Origin: Atractiella rhizophila
Lineage: Eukaryota
Assembly: GCA_021432655.1 (NCBI GenBank)
Contig: MU271181.1
Span: 201,189-265,188, forward strand
DNA length: 64,000 nt
Direction of reading: 5' to 3'
Position numbers and translations under genes: made by a program. The notes under the pieces are model-generated. The model searched no databases, had not been told where the DNA came from, and saw only the letters and a program-made list of their open reading frames with translations. Of this stretch, positions 25,134 to 35,174 are shown piece by piece (position 1 is the first letter of the stretch; each line of letters opens with the position of its first letter).

Positions 25134-26090
25134 TCATTCAGAGTCGCTATGGAGTTTTTCATCCTCATCCCTGACCTCTTGTCTCTTCCTTTTGCCGATT
25201 GCCCTCTGGGTATCATCAAATTGCCACGCTGCGTGGGACAGGCTCTTCATCTTGAAGATCTCGTCATTTCTGATGCAGTCAATCGTGACGACCATCGCAG
25301 CATATGCGTCCACCATTGCGTTATGGTTGTGCGTGAGCTCCTTGCCTGTGACATTCTTGAAGAGGGTGGCGAGCTTCTGGGGACGAGGGTACTTCTCGTA
25401 TCGGGTATTTCTGAGTTTGAGAAGCTGGTAGGGGTCAAAGACCTTCCTCTCATATGGCTCGATATCCACCTCGACCTCTTGGAATTCTCTCACGAGGATG
25501 GGCCAGTCGAATTCCTTTATGTTGTAACCAAAGATTCCGGACGATTTCGTGATGAAGTGGAGCAGTCGGGGTGCAATGTCCCTAAAAGTGGCACACCACA
25601 TGACATCCTTGTCGTAGATCCCGTGCACATCGCTGGCTGGTTTGGGGATGACGCGGTCAGGAAAGACACGTATGTTGAAGGAGAAGTGGCGATCGTGGTG
25701 CTTGGGGAGGACGACGAGGCCTATCTCGACGATATTGTCGCTGAGCGTGCTCAGTCCTGTGGTCTCCAGGTCGATGCAGATGACAAAGTCTTTCCACCTC
25801 AGTCCCATCGCCTTGGCGTAGTCGACCAGGTTTCTATATCCATCCCAGGGGTGTGCGTCGCCTTCATCGAGCGGCCTGATGCCCATGGCCTGTTCAAAGG
25901 AGCGACAGAACAGGTTCTGGCTGTGCGAGCTGAGTCGGTCGAGGTCAAGCGTGTTGAGGACCTCTGGGAGGTCCTCTTCGAGGGCGCTGCGTAAGGAGAA
26001 TCTAAAGGCGTCGTGTGCCGATTTCGTCGCATAGCGAAATGCCTCTTCGATATGGTCCTGGAGGGTCCTTGCTCTTGCGTGGTAAGACAT
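25134..26090 (-). CDS. DEDDh 3'-5' exonuclease (DnaQ / Pol III epsilon-like), 318 aa
   Basis: ExoI ICIDLETTGL..DNIVEIG, VHGI, ExoII GYNIKEFDWPIL, ExoIII HNAMVDA; uninterrupted ORF with a ~100-aa N-terminal extension and a basic KRKR tail. Confidence 0.92.
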   Translation of the reverse strand: MSYHARARTLQDHIEEAFRYATKSAHDAFRFSLRSALEEDLPEVLNTLDLDRLSSHSQNLFCRSFEQAMGIRPLDEGDAHPWDGYRNLVDYAKAMGLRWKDFVICIDLETTGLSTLSDNIVEIGLVVLPKHHDRHFSFNIRVFPDRVIPKPASDVHGIYDKDVMWCATFRDIAPRLLHFITKSSGIFGYNIKEFDWPILVREFQEVEVDIEPYERKVFDPYQLLKLRNTRYEKYPRPQKLATLFKNVTGKELTHNHNAMVDAYAAMVVTIDCIRNDEIFKMKSLSHAAWQFDDTQRAIGKRKRQEVRDEDEKLHSDSE

Positions 26091-26205
26091 GTTTTCTTCT
26101 TTAGAATCTGTTTTGGTTATTTCATCAGCCTTTATTCCTCTTAGGCGTAGTCAGGGGTTCAATCTTTTGTATTATTTTTCTGAAGTAATTCTTTCTATAC
26201 AGATA

Positions 26206-29089
26206 TCATGTTGCATATCGATTAGATTCAGTATCCCTTGGCCTTTCTAGCTCTGCATACAGCGACGTGCAGTTTGGGGGTAGCTTGAAGCATATTTTCG
26301 CTCTTTCAGAGATTGATGGGGGCATGCCAAGTTTTGTGGCAGTAGAGGCAAATTCATCGAGTGGGGGGCGAATCCTGTCCCTTTCTGTGAATGGGTTCGA
26401 CTCCACTTTGAAGAGGAGTGGGAGTATATCTTTCTTATTCTCCTTCTCTTCTAGATAGCGCAGACGATCTTTGTGCCTGACCATAGATAGTTGTGACCTT
26501 ATGATCTTGAGGGGGTATCCTCTACGTTGGAGGCGTACCGTGAAGAGTGAGATCATTTTGTCAAACTCTTTGACACTCGAGCACGCCCTGACGTATCTGA
26601 TGGCTTCTCCTTTGATGAACCCGGTCTTCTGTTTGTGCTCGTGGTACGAGTGAAAGGGAAGGTAGAGGTACTGGTTCATCTTCTTTTGAAAGATCTTGGT
26701 GGCCATCCGTCCGTGAGAGGGCAGTTCCTTGTCCTTATAGATGGTGAGATCAAGGAAGTCCACAGACTTGGTGGACAGACAGATCGTATGTGAGACGTAT
26801 CGTGGGTTTCAAGGAGTTGTACTCGTTGATGAAGGCTTCCGCTTGGTCCCGTGTTCCAAGGATGAGGGCAAAGATGTCGTCAATATATCTCTTGAAGAGT
26901 ATGAGTTTGTTGGTGGAGAGCCAGCGTTCAACAAGGTCCTTCTCGAGCAGGTGGAGGTATAGATTCGCATACTGGACTGCAACTGGAGTCCCCATGGCAG
27001 TGCATTCTTCTGCTGGTAGCACCTGCCCTGAAACTGGACGTAGGTCTGTTGTAGTACGAATCGTAGCATGCGAACGATGAATTCCCTCTTGGGGCGTTCC
27101 AATTTGGTATCCGATTGCAATATCTCATCTATGCTCCTGATGCCGTCTTCCGTGTCGATGTTGGGATAGAGTGACTCTACGTCAGCAGTCACGATCCAGA
27201 GCTGTTCCTCTCCTCGTTGCTTGCTGTTCTTGAGTTTGTCTTGGAGGAGGCGATCGAAGGCAAAGATACGGAGCAATTCTGAGCTGTCTTTGAGCACAGT
27301 AGGGGAGGTGCGCTCAAAGGGCAGGAAATGTTCTGCCAACCACCACTGCGACATGAAGTACGTGGCCCAAGTCATTGTTGGACATATCGGGCGACTAGAA
27401 GGGCTCGCCTTGTGGACTTTTGCGGTGATGTAAAACTTTGGGATGACCCATTCTTTCCTTTGGGAGAGCCACTTGAACTCATTTTGATTTATGTGTCCTT
27501 CGAGTTCCAACTCGTCAGCAATCTCGATGAGCGAGTCAAGTTCGTCCCTCGTGGCAGCAAGGGCCCTCTCCTCATTTGTCACAGCGTAGACATCTTTATT
27601 TTCGAGGTGCATCAGTGCTTGTGAGACATACCAGCCCATATCGACGGCCGCGTAGCCGAGATTCTTGTCTGTCAATATTACAAGTATGTCTGGTTGTTGT
27701 AACAAGCATTCTAGGCCTCTTCTTGAGTGGTTTGACATGTTTTGCTTGTCTGCACTATGTACAGAGTCTAGGTTCGCTTTCAGAGCATGCTCTAGTTTCC
27801 TCAGGGCACTTTCCAGCTCTGGAGAGCTCTCAGGGGGTTGCCAGGCGCTCATGGTCCTCCATCGAGGGAGCTCAGAGTTTTCTTTGTCCTGAAAGTAATG
27901 CTTGAGCCTTATGGTCCGTTTGAAGCTTTCGATGGCTTCATCGATGACGTCTAGGCGTGGTTTCGGACAAGGTATGAATTTATTGCCTAGCCTGAGGAGG
28001 TCCTTTTCTCTTCCGCTTAGTCCTTTCCCCGTAAGGTCATGTACGGGGCAATCAAGGATCCCAAGCTCGATGAACCTGATCACGGTCTCATCAGGATTCA
28101 GATTGTGTTTTTGCAATGTTTGTCTGACGCTTTCTCGAGTTCTCTTTGCACGATCAATGATGTGTAGCATATCCTTCATTCCACGTTTCTTTGAGAAGTG
28201 ATGTCTGTTTCTACTTGCTACATGCGTTTTCCTCCCCTGCCCCTTCCTCTTTGTGATCCCCGTCGATCTTGTCCGGGTCTCTGCGGTCTGTTGCGCTTGC
28301 TTTTTGCCTTTGGGAGTGTTCTCAGCAGGTTCGGTGCCAGAGGAGAGTAGACTCACTCGGACCCTGTTCAAAGTGTCAAGCTTTCTGCTTTCATGTCCGA
28401 GGCGTTTTTGCTGCTCGAATTCATCTGCTGCAGCTTTTCCCTGGATGATGGCGTCCTTTCTGAGTGCCTCCCATGATTCGGAGGCCAGCTTTCGTTCCCT
28501 ATCAATGGTATCCTTCTGCTCAGGGTGGGCTTCGGCGAGGGAGGTGTAAAACTTGTTGAGCTTTGTCGCCAACTCGATCACTATGCTTCCCTTTGCAGCA
28601 CAGTAACCAAAGCAGCGTTTTGCTTGGAGGTCCTTCCATTGTGCAATGGTCTGTACAGCCTTTGTGACTGTGACTTTCTTCATGTCTTCTAGCTGTTTCT
28701 TTAGATCTCCATCCCCATCGACTATCGTAGGCCAGGCATCGATCCATGGTTTAAAGGTCTATGGGGGTTGTGAGGGGCGTAATGAGGATGCTATGAACTT
28801 ACTTTGGGTGTCTTTTCATCACTCAAATCCTTGATCAGCTGTTGTGAAGTCCTGTGAGCAGCGTGACCCCTCTTAGTTAAAGCCTTTTTTATCGAGCGGT
28901 GATGATTTTTAGTCTGTGGTTTGCTTCTGAGAGTAGAACTCACTGAATCTTTGTAATTGCAGCTCTGATTAGGGCAGCAGCGTGGTCCGATATGGCTGAC
29001 CCATTCGTGATTGGTGGATTCGTCATCATCTCCAGCAGGGCATCGCCAGCAGAGTCGTTGCTGGGATCTATCATATCGATATCTGACAT
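26206..29089 (-). pseudogene. Penelope-like reverse transcriptase with two 5' introns and frameshifts
   Basis: Motifs LLRLGNKFIP, TDKNLG, FYITAKVHK..RPI, TADVESLYPNI, TAMGTPVAVQYANLYL, RYIDDIF, VDFLDL, YLPFHSYH..GFIKGEAIRYVRACS. Exons 29089-28944, 28851-28803 and 28758 onward splice in frame. Frameshifts at ~27003, ~26775 and probably ~26272. Confidence 0.9.
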
Positions 29090-29499
29090 GTTATCTGTAT
29101 AGGTAATTATCAGAAGTGTTTACTGATATTTGCTAGCTTTATTTGGACGAAAATTTCGTCATTGAAATGCAGGAGGAATCCTTCAGGCCACCACTTAGAT
29201 GGCCATCAGGAGACCAACGCTCTCCAGGTGTGAATCTAGCGAAAACACCTAGTTCACAGTGTCCATAATGGAGTGACTGGAACACCCTATCCTGAGTGTA
29301 CTAGTGCTCAGTGAAAGGGAATCTCTCTATAATGCAAGGCTTTATGCTCAGGATGATAATGCTGAAATCAGATGCCAGTGGTGTTTGATTTTGGGGTTGG
29401 AGCTTGGCATGGACCTTGGAGGCATATGGAACACTTCCAGAGGCATACGGAACACTTCATGGCCACATGGGATCAAAGTGGGCATTTGTGTTCTTAAAG

Positions 29500-32030
29500 G
29501 AGATGCCTGAAATTGAGATGGCGTCGGTAGAGCTGCACGTGTCGCAGCACATAGCCCTTCCTGCTCATCTTTCTTCTTTCTGGCACGAGCTCGGATGGGT
29601 GGAAGTTGTGACGAAGAAGCTCTGTTGCTAGCGGATCTTATAACGTCTTGACTAGAAAGTTGGTGGGAAGGTGAGATGGAGTTGGAAGAACTAGATCTCA
29701 TCAAAAGATGGCTTAGGCAGAAGTTCACCAAGAATATTGCTATGATCATATCATCACATCTAGGAGCATGGAGGAGGTGAGTCTCTGTGTGGGGAATATT
29801 TAAGGAAAGGATTCTAATACAGCCACTTGTTCTTACGCAGGTATGCACACTAAGTTCAGACAATGCAATTTCGTTGGCGAAATTAGGCGACGACAACCGC
29901 TTTCTGTTATCCAGCCCTCCACGCGAGCTACACACACATACCTCTATCTCATTTCTCTTAATATTTTCAGTCTTTCCCACAAGCAGCTCGAATATATCAT
30001 GAGAAGATACATCCTTTCCTATCCATGTCCAAATTGCTACTCAGCACGATCTTTCATCAAATCCTTATGTGCAGCAACTCGAGTTGAAGGTATTTGAGCT
30101 AGAGAGCTCTTTGGAGAGGGAACAGATGGACAAAGATAAGTGGAAGAAGTTTTACAAGGAGAAGGATGAGGAGGTGGATTGATTGAGGCTGGACATTGAC
30201 AAAGCCCAAAAGGTTCTTCCGTCTGCGGATTCCATGTTGAAACAGCCCATGGGAGGCATCGGAGCGATGGCCACGGAAAGAGGCACTGGAATATCGGCAG
30301 AAGATTCGATCCAAAAGCCAGTGAAACCATACCGGCCGATTATCAGCAAGGAAGATGCCGATTACCTTGGGATCTTTTGGGAAAGCAGACAAGCAGCGGC
30401 CTCAACACGTATCGGTGCTCAGAACAATATCCTCGATCCAGTCCAGGTGCTACATCAGCTCATCTTCCATGAAATCGATAATACTGTCATGGGAGCAGCA
30501 CAGTTGTCCAATGCAACCGCCGATGTCATCCAAAACGATGCCACCCTCTACACGAGAACCTATCTTGACACTACGAAGTCGATAAGAACCAGACAGGTGT
30601 TTGCAAACCACCTATCTTCCAAACATCCTGCACAAACTCGAGGAGGACTACAGTTCAGTTCTTTGTCTTGGAAAGACTGACTGGATGGCACGCATCTTTG
30701 TCACCGGTGTCCTGAGGAATAGGAGTGGAAGTGCCTACAACTATGATGATGAGGATGATTCAGCAGATGACGAGGATGGAGGCCAGATTGCTAAAAGAGG
30801 AATGAAGAGGAAGGCGAGTATCGATGTAGGTGTCGCACTGCAGGAGAGGAGAAATGGGGTAGAGAGATTGCATGCGGATCATGGTGAGCATCTCTCTCTC
30901 CTTGGGCACAAATGGGGCCAAAGAGGACCAGGGCTTGAAGAAAGCGGTGCTTCTATCGGCACAGTGGTAAGAGTGCTCGAGAAGACAATGAGCAGGAAGA
31001 GGTACAGACCAACGGTATGTTTTCAACTTCCTAAATTGCTCGACACTGAGTACTCTGCACACAGGCGAATCTCCCGAATGATCCACTTAGAGAGAAGAGG
31101 GCCAGGCAGGACAAGCTACTTGAGAACCAAAACAGCTCCGTCTCCATGCCTGACAGCATTAAGGTCTCCATTGGTGCGTACTTTGTTTGTCATGACACTC
31201 TCCGCTATTCGAAAGTAACATGACAACAGGGGAGCTCAAAACAATGGTTTCCGACAATGATTGTCTCAGAATGCTGGCTGCATTTATTGAAGACGGTGTG
31301 CTACCTCTCTGCGATGCCAATTCTCGTACCGTCGAAGGCGAAACACTTGCACAATCAGCGACAAAACACCTTCTCATTGCCGTAACATTTCCCATTCCCT
31401 TGGCACGACATTAGAGCTAGAGGGAAACAAATTGAAAGAATGGCACCTCTTGCTTGGACTCTCGCGAACCCTTCGTAATTTCCTCCACGCGAAACCCGAC
31501 ACCTTCAACTGCCACTAGGACGGAGGAAGAACGAAGGGTGATAATCTCTTCCATCACACTCGACCCAACAACAAATTCATCTTCATCTGCATCACGAGGT
31601 CCAGCATCCACTGATCTAGTGATACAGTTCGGTAGGTGGTGAGGAGAAGAATAGTGGATTTCGGAAGACGAGAATATGGAATCTGTTGGGCTGGGGAACG
31701 ATCTGGGCACTAGCTAGACCACAATACCAACGGTAACCACAAGGATCAGACTTCCCCAACACGGAAAGAGGACCATTCATGAAGAATTCGCATGCACAAG
31801 GTTTAACAATCAGTTTCATGGACACGCTCACTCCAAACGCGGCAGTCCGTTTTGTGAATACGCTGGATCAAACGGCCTTTGCTGGGAGATATAAGAGTGG
31901 TTCAAAGGAAAGCTGGGATGTGGCAGTCCTCCTTACAGTTCCACTTTGAGCTCGAAGTCTGACCGACATGGATAGAATGCAAGGTATGTGCTGACCAGAC
32001 GCATGTTCATCTATTAATGAGCGCTTGATT
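29500..32030 (+). pseudogene. Multi-exon hypothetical gene, probably disrupted
   Basis: Successive plus-strand ORFs (30183..30680, 30601..31218, 31220..31414, 31454..31642) with GT-AG intron-like gaps; no recognised domain. Confidence 0.35.
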
Positions 32031-32186
32031 AGAAAAATTGAGCATCTCCATGGCTCCTGAAGGAGTCTTTGTCTACCCGGTCTCCCCGACTGGGAGAATC
32101 CTACTATTTACCTGGGATAGTCTGAAAACTGGTTTGCTCAACCAAGATGGTACATTTCAATTTTGGCTCCAAGTTAGCAGATTAAG

Positions 32187-32398
32187 GATGTCACCTGATC
32201 TTAAAGGTGGCTTGGTGAGGGCGGAGGCGGGAGAAGTTATGAGAGAAATAGAAGCTCGAGAAATAGGGGCTCAAAGCCAAGAAGGTATGTTTCTGTTTGT
32301 CTGCCAAGTTATCAAAGGCTGATGATGTCGCCTGGTTTTAAAGGCAACTTGGTGAGGGTGGGGGCGGCAGAAATTATGGGGGAAATAGAAGCTCTGGA
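32187..32398. repeat. Diverged ~75-bp direct repeat, ~138-bp period
   Basis: GATGTCACCTGATCTTAAAGG..GAAATAGAAGCTC vs GATGTCGCCTGGTTTTAAAGG..GAAATAGAAGCTC. Confidence 0.6.
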
Positions 32399-35174
32399 CC
32401 AAGAGGATACTTTTATTGTCGCTCCGAAGTTAGCGAAGCCTAAGATGTCTCTTTGTACGAAGTCCTCTCGTTGAGGGAGACGACGGTTGGAGAAGCCATG
32501 TAGAGAGATCTTCTGCATGTTGTTCGGAATGCCAGACCAAATCGCGTCCAAATAGATGGGTCCATCAAGAGTTAAATTCTTCAGACCAGTGAATAAGAAT
32601 ATCTCCAAGATATGGATTCCTCGCTGGTTTCTTGATCGGTTCAGGTGAAGGGTAGTATTGAAGAGCATCGGTGCTGTAAAAGGGAGTGACTAGGAGGCAC
32701 CACCTCACTTGAAGATGCCTAGACTGTTCGAAAATCATTTGTATGTTTGATACAAATACAACCTGTCCCAAAATGAATTACCTCACTTCCTTCTTCCCTG
32801 CCAGTGGTAAGTCTTGGCAAGCGGCCAGGAAGTCCAATATTCTCGCAACTATTGTATGCTCATTTAACCCATGAGACGCAGGACGCAGCAGCAAGACACC
32901 GGCACTAATCCAGAGAAAAGGCCAAGCAAGATCCCAGCTACATCACAGCACTGAAAAGACTGATGCCGCAACAACGAGTACAATTGGCAATCAAGTTAAG
33001 GCAAATGTTATTCCTCAGTTGCCTGGGAAGCCTATGGGATTCTTTCTGAATCTTGCTGTAATCATATGGAAGTTGTCAGTGATGCCCACAGCGCTCTGAC
33101 AAGTAAGTAGGCTTGCGTGCGAGCAGTACTAGACGAGAAGGAGGAAACCAATATAGGATAAGTTTACTCCTCCCTCAGCTGCTCCCTTTGTTGTCTCCGC
33201 ATGGATCCCAGAGTTACTTAAACCGAAACATCAATGGGTGTGCCAGCTCACGCAAGGAGTTTAGACAGGACAAATCACAACCGGAACTTGGAGAAGCCAC
33301 AATCTGTACCAGCGGCGCTATTGCGTCGGATGCTCAAACGACTCGGAGGATCTGCGAGAAGCGAGCAAATATTCAGCCATAATTGAAATTTGAACAGCTT
33401 TAACTTACAGCAACTCGGAAAGCTGCATCATTGTTTCTTGAACGGTGCGAGATAGGAATCTGCGTTAAAATACAAATTCTAGATCATATTCTAGTGAACA
33501 TGCCACCGATTATCAGCACATGGAAGGCAAAGATAGACAGCCAAGTCAACGAAGAACAGAAGAACCGAGAGCTGGTACTGATTTGTTGAACGCGGGAAGA
33601 GTCTAAGAAATAGGATGCCATTAGCAAGCAGGAGAACCAGTCAGAAGGCACCTAAATGGTGCGAATTGATAACGGAGAGAGAAGAAGAAGAGAGGAATAC
33701 GGTGGAGGAGATATCTGAACGAAAAATCATCCTCAAGTACGCATGCATAGGAGCAGGCAGGGCTCGAGAGCATGGGGGAAACTCAGGACAAGAGTTTGTC
33801 AGGCGCAAGAACAAAAGGTAGGAAATCAAGCATGGACAGATCTTCCAGTGCTGAGCGAAGAACTTGTAAGGTCTCATGAAGTAATCGTGAAGACGTGGAA
33901 AGCATAATTTGCAATTTGAAAAGGACTAACGGAGAAGCTGACTGCAACCAACACACCATCTCCGACATCCTTAACGGAGAAACAGCCTGCAACAACACAC
34001 TATCTCCGATGTCTTTAAGATCATCTATCTTTCTCTTCTTGCAATTCAGTTAATGTCAAACGATCCTCAATCCTCCTGCAGCTGCACAATTTCAATTGGA
34101 AACCAAAGAAAAACACTCTACTTCGCCAGGTCTCCATTCTCTCGTTCCTGACTACACGCCGTCAATTCACTCTCCGCAACACTTTTTTTTCCCTATTCGA
34201 TCAGTGTAAACCTATCCCTGAATCTATCCCATTTTCACTTAAACGCCTCCAATTGAAAAGCCCATGCCAGTGCCAATGTATCTTCACATCACCGTTAACT
34301 CAGATATGCACGAAACCCTTGGAGGTTGTGTGTCCGATCGGAGCTTCGCAGGGATATTATTCACTCTTTCAGGGTGCACACTGGATCTTTACAACCTGTT
34401 TTCTGACCGACTTTGCTTGAATGGAAAACTTGCAATCATTTAATTTTGAGGTTACACAGAGTTGCCTAACAATTCCGACATTCAAGCAAAAGACAGGTGG
34501 CAAATTTCATAGTAAATTATTCGAATTTAATCCCCTCATGGACCTCCAATCGACAACTTAGAAACCACGTTCGCAAGCTCCTAAGGTGATAGCACCAATA
34601 TTCCTCTAGAAATACGCATAGAGGCTGCCTGTAATCCACTCCCTAGACACATAGGTACAGCTAAGTAAACTCAAGATTGCAAATTGTGCCTCATCATCTC
34701 AAGTCTTCGATAGCAAGTTTCAACAGCAGTTGAATCGATCCTACTTCCGCACCGTTTTTTGTACAAATCTAAGGAAAAGACTTACTGTTCAAGGAGACAG
34801 CATGGACGGTCTGCCCTACTCTCCCTCAGAACTAACCACTCAAGTTCCTCGCTTCTTTCTTTCCTCGTCGAGACTTGAATTGGCAGCTTGATTGAGTCCA
34901 TTGGATGGACAGAGCAGAAAAAAATGAGGGGTAAATGAGATTTAAAAGCACCTTGCCATCCCCAAACACTCTGTAAGACCTGTCGGATCCAGCAAGGTGA
35001 AGAAACAATATTGAGTGCCTCAGCGGTTAAGCCCAGACCAGACCCCCCTGGGAGTCTCGCTTGTGTGAGTCATACAGGGATGTTAGGATTGCCACCAGCC
35101 CAGTTCGTCCTGTCAGACGAGCGTGCGGGACTGGCACAGCCTGTCGACTGTCGATCACAAGAGAAGAAGATGAA

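Larger units (their letters stand above)
22626..29150 (-). mobile_element. Penelope-like retroelement without visible endonuclease, carrying a DEDDh exonuclease, structured RNA and a 3' hammerhead
   Basis: Co-oriented PLE RT, exonuclease ORF and hammerhead. That these form one element, and its ends, are inferred. Confidence 0.75.

Noticed and set aside
25149..25994. 281-aa plus-strand ORF
   Set aside because: Antisense shadow of the exonuclease with no motifs.
26122..26128. CTGATGA on the minus strand between the RT and the exonuclease as a second hammerhead
   Set aside because: No stem II, GAAA or closing stem I follows.
29140..29300. A 5' pLTR or hammerhead copy upstream of the RT
   Set aside because: Only CTGAAGG/CTGATGG near-matches, with no similarity to 22626-22684.
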